Below are positions 9,431-17,954 of a stretch of 64,000 nucleotides of DNA, in pieces. The notes beneath the pieces were generated by a model. It saw only the letters and a list, made by a program, of their open reading frames with translations. It was not told the origin of the DNA and searched no databases. Position 1 is the stretch's first letter. Each line of letters begins with the position of its first letter. The translations under genes and the position numbers were made by a program. This stretch comes from Candidatus Nanoarchaeia archaeon (lineage in GTDB: Archaea > Nanobdellota > Nanobdellia > Woesearchaeales > GW2011-AR4). Location: positions 5,982 through 69,981 of the forward strand of contig DATDOM010000046.1 in NCBI GenBank assembly GCA_035293285.1, read 5' to 3'.

Positions 9431-9655
9431 ATGAAACCAAAATCAGTAAAAGCGGTCTGCAAAGCGTTAAATAAATTAGGCTTTGAATTTGCAAGGCAGA
9501 AAGGCAGCCATATTCGTTTCGCCCATCCTGATGGCAGAAAGACAACAGTTCCGTCACATTCCGGGGAAGATATGGGCCCAAAGCTTTTGAATAAGATTGC
9601 CAAAGACATTGGAATTGATAATAAAGAATTTGAAAAAATATTAAGCAAATACTAG
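9431..9655 (+). CDS. hicA: HicA-family mRNA interferase toxin
   Basis: MKPKSVKAVCKALNKLGFEFARQKGSHIRFAHPDGRKTTVPSHSGEDMGPKLL (YcfA/HicA signature). Confidence 0.8.
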   Translation: MKPKSVKAVCKALNKLGFEFARQKGSHIRFAHPDGRKTTVPSHSGEDMGPKLLNKIAKDIGIDNKEFEKILSKY

Positions 9656-9889
9656 TTTAGGGCTAAGGGGCACTTTAATCTCTTGAATATCCACTTTCTT
9701 TAAAATAGGATTATTATCTTCCAAACACAATTCTATAACTTCTCTGACTCTTTTCATAAGCTCTTTCTTGTTTTTAGCTTGTGTGTGGCAGCCCTGTAAT
9801 TCCGGCACATCCGCAACATAATATCCAGATTCATCTTTCTCCACAAGAACTTTGAATTTCATCATTTTTAATTTAGTTTTAGATGACAT
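9641..9889 (-). CDS. hicB: HicB-like (UPF0150) antitoxin
   Basis: FKVLVEKDESGYYVADVPELQGCHTQAKNKKELMKRVREVIELCLED. It converges on hicA, and their 3' ends overlap by 15 nt. Confidence 0.7.
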   Translation of the reverse strand: MSSKTKLKMMKFKVLVEKDESGYYVADVPELQGCHTQAKNKKELMKRVREVIELCLEDNNPILKKVDIQEIKVPLSPKLVFA

Positions 9890-10026
9890 ACTAAGAACAG
9901 AGGACAGTTAAGATATAAAACTTTCGGATTTATTCTTATTTGAGTTGTTGAGTTTTGGATAAACTTTTTTATGTCGTCAACTAAATTCACGAAAGATTTA
10001 TAAACTTCATAGTAGTCACAATAGTT

Positions 10027-10428
10027 ATGGTAGGACAGGCCAATTATTATCAAGTGGGGTATATGCCTGGAGGGCGCAAATTGGTTGGGAGATTAAGCGA
10101 GGGACTGGACTATCGCGCACGGCAAGCAGGAACACCTTTTGGCGAAGAAGTGGATATTAGACTTGAAGATGTGATACCAGTTGGGCATCCAAAAATAATG
10201 TCGGGTTTGGTTTCAAGAATTGAGGTTAGTGATTCTCCAGAAAGTTATCTAGCACGCATTGATGAAGTAACAAGATTTGCAGATAAGGAGTTTCCAGTTA
10301 TTGAAGAAGGTGGAATTACAGCTAATTCATTTGTCAGTGTACCTACTTTCATTGGTGGTTCTGGTCTTCGATTACACGACTACTTATTACAATTTTACTA
10401 TATCCCAATTTTAGATAAGCAAGGTTGA
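10027..10428 (+). CDS. hypothetical protein
   Basis: 133-aa ORF with no recognisable motif. Confidence 0.3.
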   Translation: MVGQANYYQVGYMPGGRKLVGRLSEGLDYRARQAGTPFGEEVDIRLEDVIPVGHPKIMSGLVSRIEVSDSPESYLARIDEVTRFADKEFPVIEEGGITANSFVSVPTFIGGSGLRLHDYLLQFYYIPILDKQG

Positions 10429-10534
10429 TTTTTTAATCTGTCCAATTTACCCCATATTTTTACTATTTTTCTCAAGCAGGATTCACATATAGGTTTGTTA
10501 ATAACTTAAAAATTGTAGTTTTATAATATTTTAA

Positions 10535-10692
10535 GGGGCAGTTACGCCTCGCCATTTCGCTCGGCATACATCGTTTCTCAATCCAGCACATTCGCCACAT
10601 TTCGGGCGAAAATTTTTCCGTGGGAACTTTAGGTTCCACTTGATTCCGTCGTTAACTCGCGGAAGGGTTATCAGTGTTCATCCACGTCGTTA
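10535..10692 (+). repeat. composite GC-rich hairpin module (A-type fragment + inverted B module + TCAGTGTTCATCCAC box)
   Basis: 10565-10612 aligns with 42785-42835. 10614-10680 is the reverse complement of 43066-43120, with a compensated hairpin (gtgggaac/gttccac versus gtgaggc/gcctcac). Confidence 0.6.
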
Positions 10693-10778
10693 GTTATTGC
10701 AATAAATCGAGGCAAATTTTAGTGCCAGTCAAAAATTTGCCGAGTGTAAATATGGTCGCTCAAAGTGACCTATTGAAA
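10693..10778 (+). repeat. two-hairpin repeat, short form (copy E1)
   Basis: TTATTGCAATAA palindrome, CGAGG, H1 ggcaaatttt/aaaatttgcc (loop agtgccagtc), CCGAGTG, H2 ggtcgc/gtgacc. Confidence 0.75.
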
Positions 10779-10971
10779 TAGAGTTGATTTTTGGGTAAAA
10801 TAGGTATTTATACTTACTAAATCTCACCAGATATTGTAAAAATTTCAAGAATAATCCGCATAGTTGCACCATAGTGGTAGCCAAGCAAAAGATTTATTAG
10901 TTTACACCTGACATTATAAAAGCCGGTGATTCAGAGTAAAAAAGTTTGTATACGTCCAAAGAAGTGATTAA

Positions 10972-11073
10972 ATGAAACCAAAATCAGTAAAAGCAGTTTA
11001 TAAGGCATTAAACGAATTAGGGTTTGAATTTGCGAGGCAAAAAGACAACGATTTCGAAGAAAATATAAGTTAG
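10972..11073 (+). pseudogene. hicA remnant (first ~23 codons conserved, then divergent, premature stop)
   Basis: MKPKSVKAVYKALNELGFEFARQK then DNDFEENIS*. DNA is about 85% identical by eye to 9431-9500. Confidence 0.6.
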
Positions 11074-11080
11074 TTAAAAA

Positions 11081-11305
11081 ATGAAAATACCAAGAAACCT
11101 TTCAGGAATTGATGTAATAAAAGTTTTGAAAAAGCATTATGACTGGGAAGTTTACAGAAGGCAGGGGAGTCATGTCACTTTAAAGAAAAAATCAGAAATG
11201 GAAATACTAACAGTTCCGCTTCATTCTCAGCTCGACGTGGGAACATTCCTTGCTATTTTGAGAAAGGCAAATATCGAAAAAGAAGATTTTCTGAAGAATT
11301 TATAA
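11081..11305 (+). CDS. hicA: HicA-family toxin (second locus)
   Basis: IKVLKKHYDWEVYRRQGSHVTLKK...LTVPLHSQLDVGTFLAILRKANI. Confidence 0.7.
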   Translation: MKIPRNLSGIDVIKVLKKHYDWEVYRRQGSHVTLKKKSEMEILTVPLHSQLDVGTFLAILRKANIEKEDFLKNL

Positions 11306-11306
11306 G

Positions 11307-11612
11307 TTAAGAATATGTAGGAATTTTTATTGGGGCTTTGAGAAGTTCACTATTTGGAATTTCAAGTTTGTTATTTTTCCTAGTAATTCCAAGCTTTTCC
11401 AGTTCATTGTCAAGAATTCCTAATTCAGCTGCGCTCTTTAAATGCAGATTAATAGCTTCTGTAATGTTCTTTCTTGTCTTGTTTAAAGTTTTTCCCTGAG
11501 TGATTATATTCAAGTCCAAACATTCTGCAGTATACCCGTTCTTAGTTTTTCTAACAACAAAAGGAACCGGCAAGGTAAAACTCTCATTCTTATAATTAAC
11601 ATCTTTTTTCAT
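11307..11612 (-). CDS. hicB: HicB-like antitoxin (second locus)
   Basis: ...FVVRKTKNGYTAECLDLNIITQGKTLNKTRKNITEAINLHL...; convergent with 11081-11305, with 1 nt between the stops. Confidence 0.6.
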   Translation of the reverse strand: MKKDVNYKNESFTLPVPFVVRKTKNGYTAECLDLNIITQGKTLNKTRKNITEAINLHLKSAAELGILDNELEKLGITRKNNKLEIPNSELLKAPIKIPTYS

Positions 11613-11765
11613 AAGCCACTAAAATAACTTATCATATTTAAACTTTGTGCATTGCCATTGCCGCATCGATAGAACGCGCACGGAGCTTAAAGGGGGAATG
11701 CGAAGGCCTTGTTGTTGGCCCGGTTGCCCTCATCGTTGAAATAATAAAGAGATTTCTGGTCTAAA

Positions 11766-12380
11766 TTACTCAAATTTTGACAATATCTTTCTCCCTATTT
11801 TTGCAATAGAATCTTTAGCTTCCTCGCTGCTTCCCTTAGAAGTAACGTGAATGAGGTAATCATCCTTGCTAAAATAAAGAGTATAATAGTAAATGCCGGG
11901 TGGATTGAACTCTGCGCCATAATCATTCTCATTGTTGACATAAAACCTGCTCTGGTCCCCGTAATCATTCTCGCTTATCAGCCCTTCTGAACTGCGAAGG
12001 TGTGAAGATTCATACTGGTATGAGCCGTTTAGGTCGTGCAGATTTGTAAATTTCTTGAATTCAAGTATTACTCCAGTATCATTCAATCTGTCAATTACAT
12101 AGCTGCAGATGCTATATTGCAAAAGTGATGAAGATTCATCAGTTGGGTATTCCTCTGTCTTGCAAGGAGTTCCATTAAAAACTATCCCGAGCTGCTCAAG
12201 GTCCTTATTATCAAAATCGCCTGACATTTCAAGCTGCTCTAGGTCTTGTTCATTAAGCAAAAGCTCCTGGACTCCAGATATTTTCAAAGAAGGTTTCTTA
12301 TCTTGCACTTTTGTGCATCCTCCGATAAATAAAAAGAGAATTGCTAAAATTACAGCAAGTTTCACAATATCACCTTTCAT
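11766..12380 (-). CDS. putative lipoprotein, unknown function
   Basis: The internal ATG at 12380 gives MKGDIVKLAVILAILFLFIGGC (signal peptide + lipobox-like Cys). The track's upstream extension runs through a structured non-coding module. Confidence 0.45.
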   Translation of the reverse strand: MKGDIVKLAVILAILFLFIGGCTKVQDKKPSLKISGVQELLLNEQDLEQLEMSGDFDNKDLEQLGIVFNGTPCKTEEYPTDESSSLLQYSICSYVIDRLNDTGVILEFKKFTNLHDLNGSYQYESSHLRSSEGLISENDYGDQSRFYVNNENDYGAEFNPPGIYYYTLYFSKDDYLIHVTSKGSSEEAKDSIAKIGRKILSKFE

Positions 12381-12423
12381 TTTACAGAAAGAGACTATTA
12401 TATTCTTAAATGTTCTTAAAAAA

Positions 12424-12630
12424 GGACGGCATTGAAAAGCTCTCACTTCGTTCGGTCTGCCATCAGCTCGCACTTTTCTGTTATTCCTTTAAGGGAAAAA
12501 TTCGGGGACTTGCGAGTGAGCTCGTTAGCGAACTCGCTCACAGGTCACGGCAATTTCCTTTTCGCATAAACCAATTCTAAAAAGGTACTCGCAAATTGAC
12601 GGCAGCCTTCAACTTTTCAATGCCGTTTAA
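12424..12630 (+). repeat. GC-rich long-hairpin module closed by a 16-nt inverted repeat
   Basis: ggacggcattgaaaag (12425-12440) pairs with cttttcaatgccgt (12614-12629). Internal helices include gcgagt/actcgc and gtgagc/gctcac. Confidence 0.5.
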
Positions 12631-12659
12631 AAAAGCACTCAGTGTTCATCCACTCGTCA

Positions 12660-12742
12660 ATTATTGCAATAAATCGAGGCAAATTTTAGTGTAAATCAAA
12701 ATTTGCCGAGCGAAACCATTGTCGTAAAACGACCGATTAAAA
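12660..12742 (+). repeat. two-hairpin repeat, short form (copy E2)
   Basis: TCAGTGTTCATCCAC box upstream; TTATTGCAATAA; H1 ggcaaatttt/aaaatttgcc (loop agtgtaaatc); H2 gtcg/cgac. Confidence 0.75.
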
Positions 12743-12771
12743 TAATAAGTAAGAAATCAAAAATCTAATTC

Positions 12772-12915
12772 TTAAACATACAATTCCCTGTCAGGGCCCT
12801 TGAATTTTCCATTTTCCTTTTCCCAGCAGGGCATGCACTGCTTCCATGAAGGCTTGATAAAGCAGTATTTTCCGCACCGTGTGCATTTCATCTTGTAAAT
12901 AGGTTTCTTTGCCAT
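12772..12915 (-). CDS. small zinc-ribbon protein (47 aa)
   Basis: Own translation: MAKKPIYKMKCTRCGKYCFIKPSWKQCMPCWEKENGKFKGPDRELYV (CxxC...CxxC). Below the ORF-track size cutoff. Confidence 0.45.
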   Translation of the reverse strand: MAKKPIYKMKCTRCGKYCFIKPSWKQCMPCWEKENGKFKGPDRELYV

Positions 12916-13140
12916 TATTGCCTCGGTTTTATTGTGTATCTGGTAATTATCAGGTATATTTCATATTAAGGCAGCGTCTTTTAAATAGGTATGCAATTAT
13001 TTCGTCTGCAAATTAATGAATTAAGATATTGGCTGCAAATTTAATATACACTCAATCCTCTGAAGGGAAATAGCCCAGCGAGTGTTTGCAAAAATGAGAA
13101 AAGAATTGAATGTCAAATACTTGTTAAAATATTTTTGGAA

Positions 13141-13557
13141 CTATCTCATTCCTATATCAATATTAATTTCAAGGTTTGCAGTCTGGCCGGCTTCTATTTC
13201 AACAGCTGCCGGAAGGTTATTTCCTCCAATTCTGGATGATTCTTTGTTTTCAAGGTCAACAACATAATTTCCAACAGGAAGCTCCAGATTAAAGTTTCCA
13301 TCCTTGTCAGGAGTAATCTTCGCAACTATTTTCTTGCCAGGGGAAAAAACTGCCATAGGCCAGTTCTTGTAAGTTTCTTCTGTAGGCTCGCATCCCGGGT
13401 CAGGCGGATCTCTCGCTACAGGGCAAAGTGGCCCGATGTCAATTTTTCCCTCAAGAAAGCCTTTTTCTTCAATTTTACCTGTCTGCTTAGTGCACGCAGC
13501 AAAAACAACTCCAATTATAAAAAATCCGATAAGCAAAAGATTATATTCATTTTTCAT
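13141..13557 (-). CDS. secreted/lipid-anchored protein, unknown function
   Basis: N-terminal hydrophobic segment ...LLLIGFFIIGVVFAAC followed by a beta-rich domain. Confidence 0.4.
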   Translation of the reverse strand: MKNEYNLLLIGFFIIGVVFAACTKQTGKIEEKGFLEGKIDIGPLCPVARDPPDPGCEPTEETYKNWPMAVFSPGKKIVAKITPDKDGNFNLELPVGNYVVDLENKESSRIGGNNLPAAVEIEAGQTANLEINIDIGMR

Positions 13558-13768
13558 ATTTGTAGCCCGCAGTCGGGATATATTAATTTTCCGTGCAGTT
13601 ACTACTGCCTGTCTCCTTGCCCCATTGAGCCTAAAGGGTTGTATCTTCCCGAAAGCTCATCAGCATAATCATCTCCGGGCTTTTTGCCTAAAGACTTTTT
13701 TCTCTCCGGAGAGCCATTTCCATTTAGATTCTCTGTATTCTTCATTTGAATAAAGATATTTATCGGGA

Positions 13769-14074
13769 TTATGTCCTCGCCCTTCTTCTTTCAACTATCT
13801 TTTCTGTGTGATGCTCAACTCTTCGTTCAGGTGTTTCAACATAAACATTTGGCTGCGATCCAGGAAGAGCCAATCCAAGGACTATTAAAATAGCCCCTAT
13901 TATCATTGATGCAATTGAAACCTGCATTGGAAGACTAGCATACCCAATGACAGTTCTTGTCTTGCCCGCTTCAAGCTGGCTTCCTGATGCTGATGCACTT
14001 GCTATTGGAAAATAATAGAATACTGCGCCAAGAACCAATAATACGACCCCTAAGCTTAATAATCCTGTTCTCAT
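13769..14074 (-). CDS. small membrane protein (2 TM)
   Basis: Two hydrophobic spans (LLSLGVVLLVLGAVFYYF; MIIGAILIVLGLAL). Confidence 0.4.
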   Translation of the reverse strand: MRTGLLSLGVVLLVLGAVFYYFPIASASASGSQLEAGKTRTVIGYASLPMQVSIASMIIGAILIVLGLALPGSQPNVYVETPERRVEHHTEKIVERRRART

Positions 14075-14199
14075 TTATACCACCGAAGTTGTTAAATAAT
14101 CCGCATTATATAAATTTTAATTAGGCTTATATGCGCGCATAAGCTTAGGCTTAAAAAGACAAAACTTAAATATACGTAAGGCTGCATTTTTAGAAGGCC

Positions 14200-14832
14200 A
14201 TGGAAGAAAAAAACAATATCTGGATTCTGCTTATTGTAGCTGCTGTGGCAGTTGTGGCTATTGCATTTGTCTCCTTTTCATCTCAAAATCAAAAAATACA
14301 GGGTTCAGGATATGGGTTAAATAATGAGGCTGATTCTGTAGGGCAGGCGCTTGTGAAAAAACCAGTAAGCAAAGGCCCCGGTGCAATTGAGAAGGATTGT
14401 GAGAAATACCATACATACGTAAATTGCGTATGTTTTGAGGAGAACACTTACAAGGTGGACATCACAATGAATGACCAGCTTAAGATGCCTTCACCTTATT
14501 TCAAGTGCGGGGCAATTAACCCTAAATTTTATTCAATTGAAGAAAGAATTGTCCCGGAAGTTAATAATCCGGAATTGTGGACAGGCAGCCTCAGAATTGC
14601 CGGGAACACTCATCCATTCTCATTTGATACCTCAAGCAGGATTTTTAGCATTGATTACCGGAATGAAGAGTCAAGCCATCACTATTTCAGCACAACTTTT
14701 GAAGGTGAAGGAAATTACTTCTACGGCCCGATTTACACAGACATGGAGAATTACCCTGCCAGTTTTGCATACACTGAAATAACATTTGGGGAAAACTCAA
14801 TTATAAGTTTCAAGCCTTTGCTGATAGGATGA
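14200..14832 (+). CDS. membrane-anchored hypothetical protein
   Basis: N-terminal TM (IWILLIVAAVAVVAIAFVSF) followed by a soluble domain. Confidence 0.4.
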   Translation: MEEKNNIWILLIVAAVAVVAIAFVSFSSQNQKIQGSGYGLNNEADSVGQALVKKPVSKGPGAIEKDCEKYHTYVNCVCFEENTYKVDITMNDQLKMPSPYFKCGAINPKFYSIEERIVPEVNNPELWTGSLRIAGNTHPFSFDTSSRIFSIDYRNEESSHHYFSTTFEGEGNYFYGPIYTDMENYPASFAYTEITFGENSIISFKPLLIG

Positions 14833-14964
14833 TTTAATTTACGGGCAGTAACTTGAACACGTTTTATTTTGCTGAGATTCTGACAAGAAATGTAATAACC
14901 AAAGCAGGTGAAATAGCGCCAATATCAATATTTAATGTAGTTTCTTTCAGTTAAGCCGATTGGT

Positions 14965-15876
14965 TCAGGAAAGATGTAGTTTTTTCTTTGATGGTATATA
15001 TTGTTTTTCAATGAGAGAGATGTTAGTGCCCTTAGCCTTCATAAATTTGTACAAGTATTTTTTATCGTTATACCAATGGTTATAATCAGGATTGTGTTTT
15101 TTTATTCCAACCAATACTATGCCGGGCGTGATATAAACCCTGAACCATTTTGGGACAAGGAGTGACATCCAGACTGCAATCCGGTGAATGGCTTTTAGGA
15201 GATAATTTTTTGGTGATTTTGGGATGAGCATGTGCAGCGGAAAATACCTGACATTGGCAAATCCCTTCCTGTAGAACAGGCTCACAATCTCGTTTATTGA
15301 AGGCACGCCTATGTGGTCCCGGGCATTTCCAAAATCCGAATTAACTCTTTTTTCAATGTCCTTGGATGATGGAGAAAGATAAATCCTCTTTGGGATATAC
15401 TCCTGTATTGGGCTGCTGTAGATAAAATAGCCGCCGTTATTTAGCTGTAAAGCAATATTCAAGAAAGCAATTTCTTTTTCAAAATCAGTCAGGTGTTCCA
15501 TGACTTCGGAACAAATGACGATATCAAATTTTCCCAGGCTCTTCTCCGGATAAATCAGGTCATAGTATACAGAATTCACGATTTTTCCGTAATTCCTGAG
15601 TGTTTTTTTGTGTATTTGCAGGCAGGTCTTGCTAATCTCTGTGCAGACATAATTTTGTATTTTGCCATCAAACATTTCCAAGATAACTTTTGCCAGCTCT
15701 CCAAATCCGGAGCCAACCTCTAAAATAGATACGCCTTTTCTCCCTTTCAAAATCTTTTCTATTATCCTGACAATCTGCACTTTTGTATCTATATTGGCAG
15801 TATAAGCAGGCAGCCCCTCACTATAAAAATTTTGATAGAATTCACCAAATTTTCTTGAGATTAGCAGTCGATTCAT
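14965..15876 (-). CDS. class I SAM-dependent methyltransferase
   Basis: ILEVGSGFGELAKVILE (motif I) and DIVICSEVMEHL; divergent from dxs. Confidence 0.7.
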   Translation of the reverse strand: MNRLLISRKFGEFYQNFYSEGLPAYTANIDTKVQIVRIIEKILKGRKGVSILEVGSGFGELAKVILEMFDGKIQNYVCTEISKTCLQIHKKTLRNYGKIVNSVYYDLIYPEKSLGKFDIVICSEVMEHLTDFEKEIAFLNIALQLNNGGYFIYSSPIQEYIPKRIYLSPSSKDIEKRVNSDFGNARDHIGVPSINEIVSLFYRKGFANVRYFPLHMLIPKSPKNYLLKAIHRIAVWMSLLVPKWFRVYITPGIVLVGIKKHNPDYNHWYNDKKYLYKFMKAKGTNISLIEKQYIPSKKKLHLS

Positions 15877-15975
15877 TTCCGGAATGACTATAAACCGCTT
15901 AATAAACTTTATGTTCCATAATTATAATTGAAAAACTTTATAAATAGTCATAGACATTCCAAGACAGGGGTGTAA

Positions 15976-17859
15976 ATGGAGCAATCAAATGTGGAGAACA
16001 GCATTCTTGACAGAGTAAATTCTCCAAGGGATTTAAAGAATTTAAGCATTGAACAGCTCAAAATCCTTTCAAAAGACATCAGGGAGAAGATTTTGGAGGT
16101 TGTTTCTAAAAACGGCGGCCATTTAGGAGGCCCTCTTGGCGCTGTTGAGCTTACTCTTGCAACCCATTATGTTTTTGATTCGCCAACTGACAAGATTGTG
16201 ATTGACACAGGCCACCAAAGCTACCCTCACAAGCTCATTACTGGAAGAAAAGGCCGCTTCCACACTTTAAGGCAGTATCAGGGAATCTGCGGATTCTGCA
16301 ATATTTTTGAGTCGGAATATGACGCTTTTGGCGCAGGCCACGCATCAACTGCAATTTCTGCAGCGCTTGGAATGGCAAAAGCGCGCGATTACAAAAAAGA
16401 AAGTAACAAAGTCGTGGCAATTATTGGCGACGGCGCAATGACTGCTGGGCTAGCATATGAGGCATTAAACAATGCAGGGTACCTTAAGTCAGACATTCTT
16501 GTAATATTAAACGACAACCGGATGAGCATTTCGCCAAACGTAGGCGCACTTTCAAATTACTTAAACAGGATTGTGCTAAAGCAGGGATACTTCAAGCTAA
16601 GAAAAGGCACAAAGGAAATCTTAAGCATGATTCCCGGCATTGGTGAAGAAGAGCTTGAAAAAATATTCAAGGCGCAGGAAAAATTAAGGGTTTTGTCAAG
16701 CGAAGGCAATTTCTTTGAAAGCCTCGGATTCCAGTACTTTGGCCCGATTGACGGCCACAATCTTGAAGAGCTGATTTCTGCACTAAAAAATGTAAAAGAC
16801 CTAAAAGGCCCTATTCTTTTGCACGTCAAGACTGAAAAAGGAAAAGGCTACTCGCTTGCGGAAACTGACCTTGACAAGTTCCACGGAATGTCCCCGTTTG
16901 ACCCAATCAACGGCCAGAAATATGTGACAACTACAAAAATGGCATATACCGATGCATTTGCAAATGCGCTAATCAGGATTGCAAAAGATGATGAAAAAAT
17001 AATTGCAATAACTGCCGCAATGAAATCTGGAACTGGACTTCACAAGTTTGAAAAGCACTTTCCGGAAAGGACAATTGATGTCGGAATTGCAGAGCAGCAC
17101 GCTGCAACTTTTGCCGCAGGCCTTGCAATAAACGGCATGAAGCCGGTCTGCGCAATTTATTCAACATTTCTCCAAAGGTCTTTTGACATGATAATCCACG
17201 ACATCTGCCTTCAAAAGCTTCCGGTGATTTTTGCACTCGACAGGGCGGGGCTAGTCGGCGATGACGGGCCAACACACAACGGCCCTTTTGATGTTGCATA
17301 CTTAAGGATAATCCCAAACATGACTGTGATGGTTCCAAAAGATGAAAATGAGCTTCAGCACATGCTCTACACAGCAACATTGCACAACGGCCCCTCATCA
17401 TTAAGATTCCCAAGAGGTAATGCAATAGGAGTCGGCCTAAGTCCTGATTTAAAAAAACTTGAAATCGGAAAAGGAGAAATCATCAGAAAAGGAAAAGATG
17501 TCCTGATTATAGGGATAGGCCCGATTTTATATGATGCTATAAATGCAGTTGAAGAGCTTAAGTGCGATGCTACAATAATAAACGCAAGGTTTGCAAAGCC
17601 CCTTGATGAAAGCCTGATTTTGGAATATGCAAAAGATTTTGATACTATAATAACACTTGAAGAATCTTCAGTCAAAGGCGGATTTGGCTCGGCAATACTT
17701 GAGCTTTTGAACGAAAAAGGCATGAACAAAAAAATCAGGATGATTGGAATTCCTGATACATTCATCGAGCACGGCAAGCAGGACATCCAGAAAAAGATTG
17801 CAGGGATCGACAAGGACAGCATCAAGAAAGTTATAAGCGAAGTAATAAATAAAAAATAG
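15976..17859 (+). CDS. dxs: 1-deoxy-D-xylulose-5-phosphate synthase
   Basis: 627 aa; GGHLGGPLGAVELTLATHYVFD, DTGHQSYPHKLITGR, IGDGAMTAGLAYEALNNAG. Confidence 0.95.
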   Translation: MEQSNVENSILDRVNSPRDLKNLSIEQLKILSKDIREKILEVVSKNGGHLGGPLGAVELTLATHYVFDSPTDKIVIDTGHQSYPHKLITGRKGRFHTLRQYQGICGFCNIFESEYDAFGAGHASTAISAALGMAKARDYKKESNKVVAIIGDGAMTAGLAYEALNNAGYLKSDILVILNDNRMSISPNVGALSNYLNRIVLKQGYFKLRKGTKEILSMIPGIGEEELEKIFKAQEKLRVLSSEGNFFESLGFQYFGPIDGHNLEELISALKNVKDLKGPILLHVKTEKGKGYSLAETDLDKFHGMSPFDPINGQKYVTTTKMAYTDAFANALIRIAKDDEKIIAITAAMKSGTGLHKFEKHFPERTIDVGIAEQHAATFAAGLAINGMKPVCAIYSTFLQRSFDMIIHDICLQKLPVIFALDRAGLVGDDGPTHNGPFDVAYLRIIPNMTVMVPKDENELQHMLYTATLHNGPSSLRFPRGNAIGVGLSPDLKKLEIGKGEIIRKGKDVLIIGIGPILYDAINAVEELKCDATIINARFAKPLDESLILEYAKDFDTIITLEESSVKGGFGSAILELLNEKGMNKKIRMIGIPDTFIEHGKQDIQKKIAGIDKDSIKKVISEVINKK

Positions 17860-17954
17860 ACATTGCATTCACAGCAATTGCTAAAAATAAAATCGGGCTT
17901 CGCCACTAGTTACTCGCGCCCGCATTGGCGCGAAATGCATTAAACGTAAATTCA

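Noticed and set aside
16238-17906. Long antisense or alternative-frame ORFs inside dxs (e.g. 16973-17425, 17367-17906)
   Set aside because: They lie fully inside a gene with unmistakable Dxs motifs and have low-complexity, Cys/Arg/Leu-rich translations. The same reasoning applies to 18391-19055 (ispG), 35899-36797 (ftsZ), 52563-54371 (leuS) and 63155-63884 (cysS).
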